Shown: piece after piece, positions 8,901 to 20,100 of the stretch | Layout: every line of letters begins with the position of its first letter | How positions within the stretch are numbered: position 1 is the stretch's first letter | Source of the DNA: an uncultured virus (IMG/VR IMGVR_UViG_3300025098_000016) | Taxonomy: Duplodnaviria; Heunggongvirae; Uroviricota; Caudoviricetes | DNA: 64,000 nucleotides | Direction: 5' to 3' (one strand) | IMG/VR virus record: IMGVR_UViG_3300025098_000016 | The notes under the pieces: model-generated | The model's database searches: none | Seen by the model: only the letters and a program-made list of their open reading frames with translations | Told to the model about the DNA's origin: nothing | Program-made: the position numbers and the translations under genes

Positions 8901-10747
8901 TGTGATTCTGAACCAGTTGTAAAGAAGTCCGGACTTACATTGTCTTTCATTGCTTGTGCAACTCTAACAGTATGTACGTTTCCGCCGTGCTTAAGATCTA
9001 ATACAATACCGTCTAATGCAAATCCTGCAAGTCTTTGGAACTTGTCTTCATCAAAAGCAAAACCAATAAAGAATGGTGATGTTTGTGTAATGATTTGTCT
9101 CTTAGCCCATTTTGCAGTTTCAAATGCAATGAACATTCTGTTTTCTTCTAATAGTGATGCCGCATTAGGATTCTTAGGTCCTTTTTCAACTTCTTCACAT
9201 GCGTAACGAATTGATTTCCAAGGACGGTCAAGTGTTCCTCCTCCTGTTGGGAATACTTTATTTGCACCGTTAGTTGCAACATAGTAAACATCAGGAGTTA
9301 AACCAAAATCTCTCCATTCAGGTATTCCACTTGCACTAACACTTAGTACTTGTCCTTCACCACCAATTGGTAATCTTGCAGGACCTGATCCTGAACGATA
9401 AAGTAAATCACCTTCAGTAGTAATTGCTGATTCCTCAGCACCACTTGCTAGTGTATTCCAATATGTACCATCGTCTGCAGATGGTTTATTAAGGTTGCTT
9501 GATGTGTGTGCAAGAATACAAATATAACTTATTAATCCTTCACGTACTGTATCACCTGCATCATATAATGTAGCAGTTGACCAACCGTTTTTCCATTCAA
9601 TACCTTGGTTTAGTCTTGACCAATAAGTAGAATTTGGTGGACGTTGTGCTTGGTTGTCAGCAATAGCTAGGTAAGTATAACCACCTAATCTTACAACATC
9701 GCCAATTCTGTAATCTTGGTTAGATGAATCATCGCCCCAGTCACCTCTATTATTAAAGCCTGAAGTTACTAGATCAAATTTTGAACTAGATGCAGGATTT
9801 TCTGCAAAAACGTTATCGTTAGCAACATATTGGTTACCACCATAAGTTACAAAATCACCTGGTTGATATCTTTCATCTGGTTGCCATGAATTTTCAAATT
9901 CTAGTCCAGGTACAAACTTTTCCCAATTTGCAATATCTGCTTGGAGTGTACCTAACTGTGAGTCTGGATTAGTAACAACTGATGTGTGATGAGTTGTACA
10001 AATATAAAGTGTTGCACCAAATAGTACAATGTCGTTAACTTTATATCTATAAGCATTAACCCATTCGCCTAAATATTCAAAACCTTTGTTTAGATAATCC
10101 CACTTACTTTGATCTGCTTCAAGTCCGTTTGCGGCTGTAGCATTTGAAGTGTGTCCAGTGTTACAAACATAAAGTGTTCCACCATATCTAATAATGTCGT
10201 TAATTTTGTAACGAGTTGAAATAGCCCAATTCTGTTTCCAGTCTTGACCTTCTGAGAACAAATCCCATTTTAAAATATCTTGTTCAAGTCCAAGTGCATT
10301 AGTGGCCGCGGCAGTGTGACCAGTGTTACACAAGTAAATGTTACCACCATATTTTACCAAGTCGTTTGCTTTATAAATTGTTCCAGCTACCCAGTTGTCT
10401 TTCCAGTCAATGGATGTAGCAAACTGATCCCATTTTGATTGATCAGCTTCTAGTGTTGCTTGTGCTGTGTGGCCAGTGTTACAAATGTAAATAATACCAC
10501 CATATCTTACGATGTCATTAATTTTGTAAAATGTTGATGTTGACCAATCACTTTGCCATTTTGTACCATCACTGAATAGATTCCAGTGTGATGCGTCTGT
10601 GTAGAAATCAGCACTTGAAGTATGCCCTTTCACTGCAACGTAAGTACGTCCACCGTACCTAATTACGTCATCTTTCAGGTAACTCGTTCCTGTTGTCCAC
10701 GAGTCCTTCCAAATAAATCTAATTCTACCTAGCTTAAATTCTGCCAT
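5906..10747 (-). CDS. Large tail fibre/virion structural protein with N-terminal Trp/Tyr repeat modules and beta-helix-like region
   Basis: About 9 repeats of W-x3-T-x-Y-x-x-N/G-D-x-V-x-YGG-x-x-Y-x-C-x3-HT (CBM5/12-like), then YYVATNG...GGTLDRPWKSIRYA...VYVKTGTYTEVLPI (beta-helix cap). Confidence 0.75.
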   Translation of the reverse strand: MAEFKLGRIRFIWKDSWTTGTSYLKDDVIRYGGRTYVAVKGHTSSADFYTDASHWNLFSDGTKWQSDWSTSTFYKINDIVRYGGIIYICNTGHTAQATLEADQSKWDQFATSIDWKDNWVAGTIYKANDLVKYGGNIYLCNTGHTAAATNALGLEQDILKWDLFSEGQDWKQNWAISTRYKINDIIRYGGTLYVCNTGHTSNATAANGLEADQSKWDYLNKGFEYLGEWVNAYRYKVNDIVLFGATLYICTTHHTSVVTNPDSQLGTLQADIANWEKFVPGLEFENSWQPDERYQPGDFVTYGGNQYVANDNVFAENPASSSKFDLVTSGFNNRGDWGDDSSNQDYRIGDVVRLGGYTYLAIADNQAQRPPNSTYWSRLNQGIEWKNGWSTATLYDAGDTVREGLISYICILAHTSSNLNKPSADDGTYWNTLASGAEESAITTEGDLLYRSGSGPARLPIGGEGQVLSVSASGIPEWRDFGLTPDVYYVATNGANKVFPTGGGTLDRPWKSIRYACEEVEKGPKNPNAASLLEENRMFIAFETAKWAKRQIITQTSPFFIGFAFDEDKFQRLAGFALDGIVLDLKHGGNVHTVRVAQAMKDNVSPDFFTTGSESQNVAALNFVISLVEDVLDSATPAADYQDLDSVASGDRYLQIKDATRVEESNALTELTASMAIITSAISLGAGYTVPTAKKIHKVIYVKTGTYTEVLPIRVPELTAIVGDELRSTRVEPAGSVTESADTTYSLAGILHMKSIIDDVIEGTTITRQTGNTLTQNVSKPWSTSGVSTYVENLCTELYDQIDYLVNGASGDSSAPLYRGANERVDDQTKFAAARILHLNKAFIGRDVTKYINVNYPAYSFDEAACEADVAHYIDAFIYDLINATGEGSNYATLIAGLMYGNSVNGSTLENMYLLRDGTGIRNMTLGGLSGTLGSANAYGTKRPTAGAFCSLDPGWGPDDDRVWITTRSPYVQGVTNFGTACVGLKVDGALHNGGNDSIVANDFTQILSDGIGAWVTNLGRAELVSIFSYYGHIGYLAENGGKIRGTNGNCSYGDKGAVSEFIDVTEIPTTGGVNNRKLEAQIGRALTDGNQIIHFEYTNAGNNYTNATYTISGDGYGAVVANGNYVNGGLFEVRLRNPDDGSSYNEKDTNSDGLFNDADSIGGRGYSSSENTAQAGGTTSITLSNTETANSTKYIGMRVVITAGTGAGQYGFISAYNPGTKVASIAKESDNAAGWETWHPTNGIEATLDATTAYSIEPRVQVIGGGGTGAQVRAEVTTGRITQFYIVNPGSGYTSTPTLTITDPSETTEVPWETRIADGVLAQPTWTGRGTDFETAGGTVSGDGYADIYQSAQFMNVYGMSDIPVEGANLQLDGDSRFFKIVFVRELLGSSGNYTASLQVSPDLGVETSPEHGTNITIRKRFSQVRLTGHDFLDIGTGNFASTNYPGTPSVANDPSDEVTESGGGRIFYTSTDQDGNFRVGRLFNVEQSTGSASLNTSAFSLAGLQELSLGAVGLGQGGAVINEFSTDGTFSASSDNVVPTQRAIITYINSQIGGGSSSLNVNAVTAGKINITGNTIGTTDNSPITVTTGMNFNGGVSGSPVAFAYFLTSKT

Positions 10748-10794
10748 TTTTTGCTCCGTTCTTGATATTATACATATTTATCATTATTATATCA

Positions 10795-13700
10795 TTATCC
10801 ATTAAAGTCATCTCGTTCAGTTCTGCCCGACATAAACATATTCATTGCGGCTAATCCGCCGCCTAGTGGTCCGTTAACAGTCAAGTCAACTGCTACAGTA
10901 GCCTGTGATTCTGGAACATTTACTCCAGCTGTGTTTGACCACGTAGTGTCTTCAAATACTAACTGACCTGCTGTTAGTTTGTTTGTAAACAAGTTTGATC
11001 CACCACCATTAAATCTATTTTCTATGTATAGTTTTAATGCATTTTGTGTTGGAACAATATTGTCTGAGTTAGCAACAAAAGTATTATCAGTACTAAATTC
11101 TCTAATAACAGCCTGTGTTCCTCCAACTCTAATTCCACCAAGTCTTAACTCATCTAGTCCTTCTAAGTCAAAGAAGTCTGCACTTAATGTAACACCACCT
11201 TGTGCCTGTGAAACTCTAAATAACTCACCAACTCTATAGTTACCATCTTGGTCTGTACTTGTGTAGAATACTCGTCCGCCGTTTGATTCAACAACTTCAT
11301 TTGCTTGTCTTGTTTCATTCGACGCTGATTGTCCAAATACATAAAGCCCTGGATAGTTAGTATTAGCAAAGTTACCAGTACCAATATCTAGGAAGTCATG
11401 TCCTGTAAGTCTACAGCTACTATAACGTTCACGTATAGTAACTCCGGTGCCATGTATAGGTGCTAATGCACGACCTAATACTGGACTAATTTGGAATGTT
11501 AATTCAATGTTTGGTGCTACACCGCTTGATTCTGTAACTTTAACCAATCTATAAATTGTATCACTTCCTGTAAATCTTACGTTTGCACCTGGTCCTGGAA
11601 TTAAACTCAGTCCACTAATTTTCATAGTGTTACCAATTTGTAATTCTTCTCCAAAACCATTACCAGCTATTGTTACAATCGCACTTTGATATCCTGTACC
11701 TCTATTAACAAATGTTGGTTGTGGTAAAGCGCCGTTGTTAATATCAACAACATAGTACGGCTCACTGTACTCTTCAGGATCTTCAACTGTTACTGTTGGT
11801 GGAGTAATATATCCACTACCTGGATTGTAAATATTAAACTGATTTAATTTTCCATCTTTTACTTCAACTCTTGCAAATGCTGTTGCACCACCAGTAATAA
11901 TGTTACCAACTGATCCTGCATTTGATAAGCCAACCCATGTTGGTAAGTTATTTCTAATTCCGCCTGCTATTGCTGTTAAGTTTCCTGTAGCTTCTCTTAC
12001 AGTCCAACCATATCCGTTATCTGAACTTACTGTTGTTCCAGTGCTACTTACTGCTAAGAATGCACCTTGTGTATAACCAATTTTCCAGTTTTCTCTACCT
12101 GAGTCTCCAACTAATTGCGAGTCTGACCATGCAGTACCAGTGTCACTGTAGATAACTCTATCTGACTGTGCCATTGTTGCAATCCAACAGTTGTTACCAA
12201 AAATTAAATCGCTGTATACTTCTGGTGCCGCAGGTGTTACCGCCGCTCCAGTGTTCCATGTTACTCCATTGTCTCCTGAATAAACTGTAGTACCGTCTTC
12301 AGCGATTGCAATCCATTTGCCTGCACCGTATGCTAGTCCTACCCACGTAGTTGCACTTCCGCCTGTTGCTACTGTAGTCCAAGATCCACTTGCAACTTGT
12401 GTTGAGTCGTCTCCTGTTGTAAGTGTGTTTTTATAAATGTTTGCATTGCCTGTAGCAAGACACATAATTGTATCATTGTTTGGTCCACCAATTGCAACAT
12501 GTTTCCAAGATGTACTTGCTGGAAGTGTTGAGTGATCAAAGTTAATACCATCATTTGAATATACTAGTTTGTTACTACCGTCTGCAACTGCCGCTATAAT
12601 TGGACCAGTTTTAGCAAAGCCTGACCAACTTAAACTGTAGTCTGCTAAATCTCTATTTGTCCAAACTGCGCCATCTGCTGAAACATAAAAGTCATTAGTT
12701 CCAGTTACAGCATAATACCACATACCAATGTCGTTACTATAACCCATACCCAGTGAACCTGTTTGTACACTGTTGTTAGACTTACTAAATGTTGGGCTTT
12801 CTATACTAACTCTTGGCTCATAAAAGTAAACTGTAGTTGCTGATAATGCTGTTACATTTAATTTCCCTGGAACAATATTATCCCATCCTGGTGAGTTAGT
12901 TGATTCTGTATATACTGTTGCAGTAAATGTTGCAGGATTATAACTTTGAATCCATCCATATTGTCCTGCACCAATACCTTCAGTAATAACAATACGCATT
13001 CCTATTAGCTGTGCCGCTGTTCTTACTTCTGAAGCCGCTAAAATAATGCTTGATAAATCTCCGCCCTGTGCTGAGTTACCAAAAGATTTAAATCCTCTAC
13101 CACCAACGTTTGTACTGTCATCTGGTAATTGTAAATCAATTTTTGAAATAGCACCTTGTCTAAATTCATCAAATTGCATATCTAGTCCAACACCTGATGC
13201 TTGAGTAGTTGATGCTGTTGCTTGTGTATAAGTTTGTCCTGTATTTTTGTATGCTAGTGCAAGTATAGAAGTACCTGTTGACCAAACTTCATCTACAGTT
13301 GCTTCTCCTGATTGGTTATTAACTGTAGCAGTTTGTGGAGTTTCTGTTGTATCAAATCCTTCTGATACACTACCAAATGTTCCGTACGAGTTGTTACCGT
13401 TAGTAGCACGTAAAATTCCGCCGCTCTCTGCTAGATAACCAATGTGTGCGTAATATGTAAACACTGATACAAGCTCTGAACGTCCTCTGTTTGTTGCCCA
13501 GTAACCAATGCCGTCACTTAGTACTTGTGTAAAGTCGTTAGCAACAATAGATCTGTTACCACCGTTGTGTAGTGATCCATCAATTTTCATACCAACACAG
13601 TTGTCACCAATTGTTGTAACACCTTGTACATATGTTGATCTACCGCCAGCAATTCTCTTTAAGTTTACAGCACCTGCTGATGCACTTACAAATGTGTGTG

Positions 13701-16383
13701 CTGATGTTTCAGAACTAATTCCTACATTCATTGTAATAATATTACCACTTACGTTTGTAATTTCAATGTTTTTATTATAATAAGGATCTGTAGTTCTTGG
13801 ATGGGAAAGTGGTGTAACATTTCCATCACTAGCACATGTCCATGTTAAACTTTGTGCGTCTAGTGTAATAGAATTTCCTATTTTAATGTTGTGTGACCAG
13901 TTTACAGAATTCATTGATGCAGTTACAAATCTATGTTCAGATACATTTGAACTTACACCTACATTTACTGTAATAGTAGTAGCTGTTTTTGCAACAATTT
14001 TACATAACTGTCCGCCGTGTGCTGGATCCGAAACTCTTGGATATGCTTGTGGGTTTGCATAGTTATTTGATGCACAACTAAATTGGATACTCTCGTCATC
14101 AAAAGTAACTTCTTCACCTACAGATAATCCATGTACAGTACCAAATTCTAATGTCATTTGTCCTGTTACAGGATCGTAAGTTGTTCCTGTTGTAGGTGTA
14201 TATTGTGCTGTTGGTAATGTCAATGTCATTACACCTGTTGTTGGTTCATAAGTACCAGCTGTTGGTGTATACTGCATATTGTTTACGTTTGCAATCCAAA
14301 CACTTGAATCGTCTGGTCCAGTACCTGGATCTAATGAAACAAACGCTCCGCCTGTTGGACGACTTGTTCCGTAATCGTTTGGTCCTACTAACACTCCTGT
14401 TAATCCTTTAAGTGTTAAGTTTCTAATTCCACAACCATTTCTAACATAAAACATATTTGATATGTTGTTAGCTGATGGAATAATTAATGCTTCTTGTGGT
14501 TGTGGCACACCGTGTATATAAGTTTTTTCGCCTAGTACAACATCGCCTTGATCAGTCATAGCCGGTCTAACTGTAGTTGATCTAAGTTCTGCACCTACTA
14601 GTGCAACTTTACTAGGAATACTAATTGGAAGTATTTCTGCAAAATCTCCTGACATAACTTTAACTGTTGCATGTTCGCCAACTCTGTTAGGTTCATCTGC
14701 TAATAAGTAATTCATTGCAAATCTAATAGTTCTAAATGGAGAGTTTAATGATCCACCTGCTGTAGCATCGTCAATACCGTTACGTGAAACATAATATAAA
14801 TTATCTTGTAAATCTAATGTATCCCATGCTGGCATACCGTTAGTTGATCTTAGCGTTTGTCCTGTTGCGCCAATTGGTAAACGTAATGTATCAATTGCTG
14901 TAGAATCTTGATCTTGGAATGTTTTCAAATCACCTTTTCTTGCTAACTTGTTAGTTAGTGTACCAAGTACTGCAATTTTCCAGTAGTTTTGATCTGGCTG
15001 TTCTACATCTAAATCTGGTCTTGATGCTGATTCACTTGAACGATGATATTGTAAACAAGTATACGAAGAACCTTGCCAGTTAACTATATCACCTTTAAAG
15101 TATTCAATATTATCTTCCCAATAGTCACGCCATTGTCTACCGTCAATAACTAATTCCCAGTATGCAGGCCATGTATCAGGCTGTAAGTTTGTACTGTCTT
15201 GAATAGCAATATATAAGCTACCTGAAAGACGTACTAGATCACCTGTTTTGTAATCTACAAATGCAGAGTCATCGCCTGCACCGTTCCAATTACCTTTAAA
15301 CGTATAACCTTCAAATGATACATTCCAATCAGTTCCATATAAACTTGGTTGTAATGCTGTATTAAATGTAATTGCTTTATAAATGTAACCACCGTAAAGT
15401 ACAGTATCACCAGGTTGATAATAAACGTTATCAGCCCAAACATTTTCATATTCACTACCAGGTAAGTATACTGCCCATCTACTTGCGGCATAGTCTGTAT
15501 TAAATCCACCACTGCCTGATGTTGATGTGTGTCCTACTAGACACTTCATTAAGTTGGCGCCACGTTTTACAATGTCGTGTTTCTTATATCTATAATCTGC
15601 TTGCCAAATACCTTCAATAGTTTCAACACCTGTATCTGGATCTTCGTAAACTTTTGTTACATATTCGATACCATCAAGTTGTACTGCCCATTTAGCTTGG
15701 TCTTCTTCTAGTCCAAGTGTAATAGAATCTGCTGATGTGTGTCCTTGAACACACTGATAAACAATACCACCGTACTTGACAATATCATTAACACGATAAC
15801 GTGTACCAATTGACCATGTAGCTCTCCATGTATCACTGTCTGACAATACTGTCCAGTCTGCTTGGTTAGCTTCAAGTCCTAACAGCGTAGTTGCGGCAGA
15901 AACGTGCTGATTAGTTGCTTTGTAAACTTTACCATTGTAACGTACAAGATCGTTTGTTCTATATAATGTATTAATTGTCCAGTTGTATTTCCAGTCAGCG
16001 GACGAAACAGCAACTAATGTCCATTTTCCAATGTCAGCAACTAGACCGTCTGTACCTGAAACAAATGTTGCGGCAGATGTATGTGATTCAGTACATTCGT
16101 AAATACTAGCACCGTATTTTACTAAGTTACCTATGGAGTAATCTGTACTAGTAGTCCAAGTATTTTTCCAAACTTTACCTTCTGATTGTTTAGTCCATTT
16201 TGGTTCAGCTGGTGTAACGTCTGTACCTGCTACGTCATTATAGAAAGTTCCTGCTGTATGTGTTTTTAATGCTACATACGTAAAACCTTGGTATTGTATC
16301 ATATCGTCAACGATATAATCACTACCACCGGCCCATTCGCCTTTCCAGTTAAATCTAATTCTACTAAGTTTAAATTCTGCCAT
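10795..16383 (-). CDS. Large tail fibre/virion structural protein, paralog of 5906-10747, with Asp-box propeller insertion
   Basis: Same start (MAEFKLxRIRFxWK) and same blocks (SIVANDFTQ; RLTGHDFLDIGTGNFA; FYTSTDQDGN). Extra S-x-D-G-x-x-W repeats at about 11900-12740. Confidence 0.75.
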   Translation of the reverse strand: MAEFKLSRIRFNWKGEWAGGSDYIVDDMIQYQGFTYVALKTHTAGTFYNDVAGTDVTPAEPKWTKQSEGKVWKNTWTTSTDYSIGNLVKYGASIYECTESHTSAATFVSGTDGLVADIGKWTLVAVSSADWKYNWTINTLYRTNDLVRYNGKVYKATNQHVSAATTLLGLEANQADWTVLSDSDTWRATWSIGTRYRVNDIVKYGGIVYQCVQGHTSADSITLGLEEDQAKWAVQLDGIEYVTKVYEDPDTGVETIEGIWQADYRYKKHDIVKRGANLMKCLVGHTSTSGSGGFNTDYAASRWAVYLPGSEYENVWADNVYYQPGDTVLYGGYIYKAITFNTALQPSLYGTDWNVSFEGYTFKGNWNGAGDDSAFVDYKTGDLVRLSGSLYIAIQDSTNLQPDTWPAYWELVIDGRQWRDYWEDNIEYFKGDIVNWQGSSYTCLQYHRSSESASRPDLDVEQPDQNYWKIAVLGTLTNKLARKGDLKTFQDQDSTAIDTLRLPIGATGQTLRSTNGMPAWDTLDLQDNLYYVSRNGIDDATAGGSLNSPFRTIRFAMNYLLADEPNRVGEHATVKVMSGDFAEILPISIPSKVALVGAELRSTTVRPAMTDQGDVVLGEKTYIHGVPQPQEALIIPSANNISNMFYVRNGCGIRNLTLKGLTGVLVGPNDYGTSRPTGGAFVSLDPGTGPDDSSVWIANVNNMQYTPTAGTYEPTTGVMTLTLPTAQYTPTTGTTYDPVTGQMTLEFGTVHGLSVGEEVTFDDESIQFSCASNNYANPQAYPRVSDPAHGGQLCKIVAKTATTITVNVGVSSNVSEHRFVTASMNSVNWSHNIKIGNSITLDAQSLTWTCASDGNVTPLSHPRTTDPYYNKNIEITNVSGNIITMNVGISSETSAHTFVSASAGAVNLKRIAGGRSTYVQGVTTIGDNCVGMKIDGSLHNGGNRSIVANDFTQVLSDGIGYWATNRGRSELVSVFTYYAHIGYLAESGGILRATNGNNSYGTFGSVSEGFDTTETPQTATVNNQSGEATVDEVWSTGTSILALAYKNTGQTYTQATASTTQASGVGLDMQFDEFRQGAISKIDLQLPDDSTNVGGRGFKSFGNSAQGGDLSSIILAASEVRTAAQLIGMRIVITEGIGAGQYGWIQSYNPATFTATVYTESTNSPGWDNIVPGKLNVTALSATTVYFYEPRVSIESPTFSKSNNSVQTGSLGMGYSNDIGMWYYAVTGTNDFYVSADGAVWTNRDLADYSLSWSGFAKTGPIIAAVADGSNKLVYSNDGINFDHSTLPASTSWKHVAIGGPNNDTIMCLATGNANIYKNTLTTGDDSTQVASGSWTTVATGGSATTWVGLAYGAGKWIAIAEDGTTVYSGDNGVTWNTGAAVTPAAPEVYSDLIFGNNCWIATMAQSDRVIYSDTGTAWSDSQLVGDSGRENWKIGYTQGAFLAVSSTGTTVSSDNGYGWTVREATGNLTAIAGGIRNNLPTWVGLSNAGSVGNIITGGATAFARVEVKDGKLNQFNIYNPGSGYITPPTVTVEDPEEYSEPYYVVDINNGALPQPTFVNRGTGYQSAIVTIAGNGFGEELQIGNTMKISGLSLIPGPGANVRFTGSDTIYRLVKVTESSGVAPNIELTFQISPVLGRALAPIHGTGVTIRERYSSCRLTGHDFLDIGTGNFANTNYPGLYVFGQSASNETRQANEVVESNGGRVFYTSTDQDGNYRVGELFRVSQAQGGVTLSADFFDLEGLDELRLGGIRVGGTQAVIREFSTDNTFVANSDNIVPTQNALKLYIENRFNGGGSNLFTNKLTAGQLVFEDTTWSNTAGVNVPESQATVAVDLTVNGPLGGGLAAMNMFMSGRTERDDFNG

Positions 16384-16407
16384 TTTCTTTACCTTTTACG
16401 TATTTAT

Positions 16408-16767
16408 TCATACTCCTGTCGGGTATGTATAATCCTCATTAATTCGTGCTACTAAATTTCCGCTATCGTCAATATAATAACTAATGCTTCTATTATCCCA
16501 TCTAAACTGCTCGTAGTTTAAATTTTCGTAAATCCTTTTGTGATTTACATCTCTACCTTCAAGAAAGTCTTCACCTTGTTGAAAATCTTCATAATTTTCT
16601 TCAGGATCACCTTCTCTGTTGATAACAATACTTTCGTGACTTTTTAATTGATCAACTTTACCAATAAATAGTTCACCTTCAGATGTTCTACGTAATCCAT
16701 AAAAATATCTTGCGTCAACTTGGTTGACCATATCTGAAAGACTTTGTCCTAAACTACCATCACTCAT
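16408..16767 (-). CDS. Hypothetical phage structural-module protein
   Basis: 119 aa ORF whose start overlaps the upstream stop (TAATG), inside the fibre operon. Confidence 0.6.
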   Translation of the reverse strand: MSDGSLGQSLSDMVNQVDARYFYGLRRTSEGELFIGKVDQLKSHESIVINREGDPEENYEDFQQGEDFLEGRDVNHKRIYENLNYEQFRWDNRSISYYIDDSGNLVARINEDYTYPTGV

Positions 16768-17096
16768 TATACTATCTCCACTAAGCTAAGAATCACATCA
16801 AGTGACTCAGTTGTGTCCGATGTAACATATAACGTATTGCTTGCATCAAGGACAATTTTTTCACCTTTACCAATTGGCTTCATTGCAGTACTTGGAGGAA
16901 TAGGCATTCCCTTAATCATGTATCCAATGGAACTTGCTTCATCGCCAATTTCAATATCAACACTTACCATACTACCTGTTAAATTAGCAATGTTCATACC
17001 AATAACAGTTGTACTTGTTGCGGCTGGTGTTGTGTAAACTGCTACCCGTTGAGTACCAATTTCTTTGCCTATTATATTTTTAAAATTAGTTGCCAT
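16767..17096 (-). CDS. Small beta-rich virion protein (paralog family)
   Basis: VYTTPAATSTTVIGMNIAN...KIVLDASNTLYV. Confidence 0.6.
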   Translation of the reverse strand: MATNFKNIIGKEIGTQRVAVYTTPAATSTTVIGMNIANLTGSMVSVDIEIGDEASSIGYMIKGMPIPPSTAMKPIGKGEKIVLDASNTLYVTSDTTESLDVILSLVEIV

Positions 17097-17104
17097 CTTT
17101 TTTC

Positions 17105-20100
17105 CTAAATTGTTAATGCAAGTTTAATTGCAATTTCCTCTGCATCGTTAAATGTAACAGCACCAGTAGCACCTGCAACTGAAACCCAGTTATTACCTAC
17201 ATCATATATTTCAACTCTGTCTTCCACTGTATTATAACGCATCATACCAAGTTCTGGACTAGGATGTCTATTTGCGTTATTACCAACTGGAATAACAAAA
17301 CCGCCTGTGCCATCAACTTTAAAGTATCCTGTACCTTGTTGTTTTAAAGAAGTAATAGCACCGTCTATAGTATTAGTTATCTGATTTCCGTTAAAACTAA
17401 AGTTTTCAACAGCAACATAACCGCTTCCATTTGCACGTAAAAGCAAGTTTTGATTAGTTGTAATTGTTTCTAATATGCTACCATGTATAGCAATATCGTC
17501 AACTTCTAAACGTTTTGCATCAAATCTTTGGCTAGTAACATCAGCTACTAGCGATCCGCCTGCATAAAAACGTAATGTGTCGTCATCTGCACCTGGTGTT
17601 AGTTCTGGTGTAATATACGTATCTCTGTCAATATCGTAAACTCCACCTAGTGTATTCCACTCAGTAGTGTATGCTTCAAATACTGAAGTATCTGTATTGT
17701 AACGTATCATACCTGCTATAGGTGATCCAGGACGCTGTGCTGTTGTACCTTTAGGTAATGTTAAAGATCCTGTACCATCAATTGTTACAGTTTGACTACT
17801 TGGATCTAATACAATATCACCACCTGGATTAGCAACAGTATTTCCACTAAGTTCAATGTTGTCAATAATAACTTGACCTACACCGTTAGTTGTAATATTA
17901 ATATCACCGTTACTTGCAGTTGTAGTAATTGTGTCATTATCAATAATAATATCATCAACAAGGACTTTACCAATATTTGCTTCTGACCAGTTTAATAATG
18001 CTGTACCTAATTTATAAGTGTCATCAATATTAGGTACAATGTCACTATCAATTCTTGCATTAATATTAATTGTATCTGTGTCTTCGTCACCTAGTGTAAT
18101 ATTGCCGCCAACAGTTACGTTTCCAGTAACATCTAAATTACCTGTAATATTAACATTGTCTTGTAAATTAATTGTGCTAGTGGAACTATTAATATTAATG
18201 TCGCCGCTTGTACTACTAATAGTATTTCCGCTTATTCTAATATTTCCACTTTCAACTTTTGTTCCGTCAATTATTGTTGTGCTTGTGCCGTCAGTAAATG
18301 TAATACCTTGGTTATTGTTGAATAAGAATTCTGCGTTAGTAAATGTTACTTCACCTGTGTCTTGATTAATTCTAAACAAGTCTCCAACTCTAAAGTCGCC
18401 TTTATGATCAACTGTACTAAAGTATACATTCGCATCACTATTTGCAACTACTTCGTTTTCTTGTATAACTGCTGTAATATCATTTGTTACGTCTTTACCT
18501 GTACCAATGTATGCAAGGTTCATACCAATTGCATAAACAACTGATCCGCTACCTGTGCCATGTATTCCATAGTTGCCGTAAACACTTGCACTTGCAATAC
18601 TTCTAATTTCTCCACCAAAGTCTGAATGGTCAATTAGTGTTAGTGCTGTAGCTGTACCACCTGCACTAAAGTCAATGTCTTGAATAAACGTATCATCGTC
18701 TACTAAAATTTGTGATCCGTTGTCACCATTAAAGTCTAATTTTAAAACTGTATACTGATCAACTACTGTTGGTGCTGTAGGGTTACTAAATGCTGTTGTT
18801 ACTCCAACACCTTTTCTAACTCTAAAGTCGTCTATACGTCCATCAAAGCCTTGTGTACCTGCATAATTGTTACCAATTACTAACGGCTTTGTAGTACCTA
18901 AATTTGTATTGTTACTTGCTGTTGCTTGTACTGCGCCATCTACAAATAATTTAATTGTAGAGCCCACTCTTGATATCATAATATGATAGTAAGTAGTGTT
19001 TACTAAAGTAATTGCAGGAGCCATAATCTCTGTATTACCAATGTATACTTTAGGCTGTCTATCAACTGTATAAAAATGTAATGCGTTGTCTGTATCTGAT
19101 CCTGCTCTAAAATCAAACTTACTTTCTGTTCCAGTATCATCTGCAATGTAAATTACACATTCAACACTAAAGTCACCAGTTCCAAAACCAAAATCACTTG
19201 CTGTTGTTAATGTAAATCTATCATCAGTACCGTCAAACAATCCCATACCAGTGCCATACTTAACTGCACCAGTTGTTGTTATCTGTGCATTACCAACTGC
19301 TGTAACTGTTTTCTTAGCTCTACTTAACGGTGTAATAAATCCGTTTGCTCTGCCGTCAATAATAACTTCATTAGTTGCAACACTTTCAATAGTTGATTGT
19401 GCTAGTTGTGTTCCGCTTGCATCTTTAAGTGTAATTGTTTGACCTGCGGCAGGTGTTGTTCCTTCTAACCCGCTATACTTAATTCTTGTTTTACCGTCGC
19501 CTTTAAGACCAGTTGTACCTTCAAGTATTTCAATGCCTTTGTCTGCAAAATATGTAAAACAGTTTAACCATTCTACTCTTGCACCATTAGTAACTTTTAG
19601 TCCACTTGCATTTGGCGTAATAAATGTTACACTATGGAAAAGCATACTTGCTTCACGTGAGTCTACGTGTGCAACACTACCATCTAAGTATGCTCCACGT
19701 CCTGCATCGCCTGCGGCGAATCCTCTTGGATCAGTGTTAGAAGTAGTTGTACCTTTTGTAATTACACTTACATTTCTAATGTAAGGTGATCTTTCATAAA
19801 CTCTAAAGTTATTTGCAAAACGGAAAGCATGTCCTGTAGTTGCTCCACTATTATAATAAAAATCTTTAATAGTAACATCTTCAACTGCTGAGTCGCCGTT
19901 CATTACAAATGCATCATTACTTTGTGTTCCGCTTGTTGGTGAAATTTCAACTGCACGTAAACTGTGTCCTCTTACTGTAACACCTTGTGGTACTGTTAAT
20001 GGAAATGCTTCTTGATATTGTCCAGGATAAATGTAAACTGTGTCGTGTAATCCTGCAAGCTCTAAACCCTTTGCAATAGTTGCAACAGGATCTTGTGGGT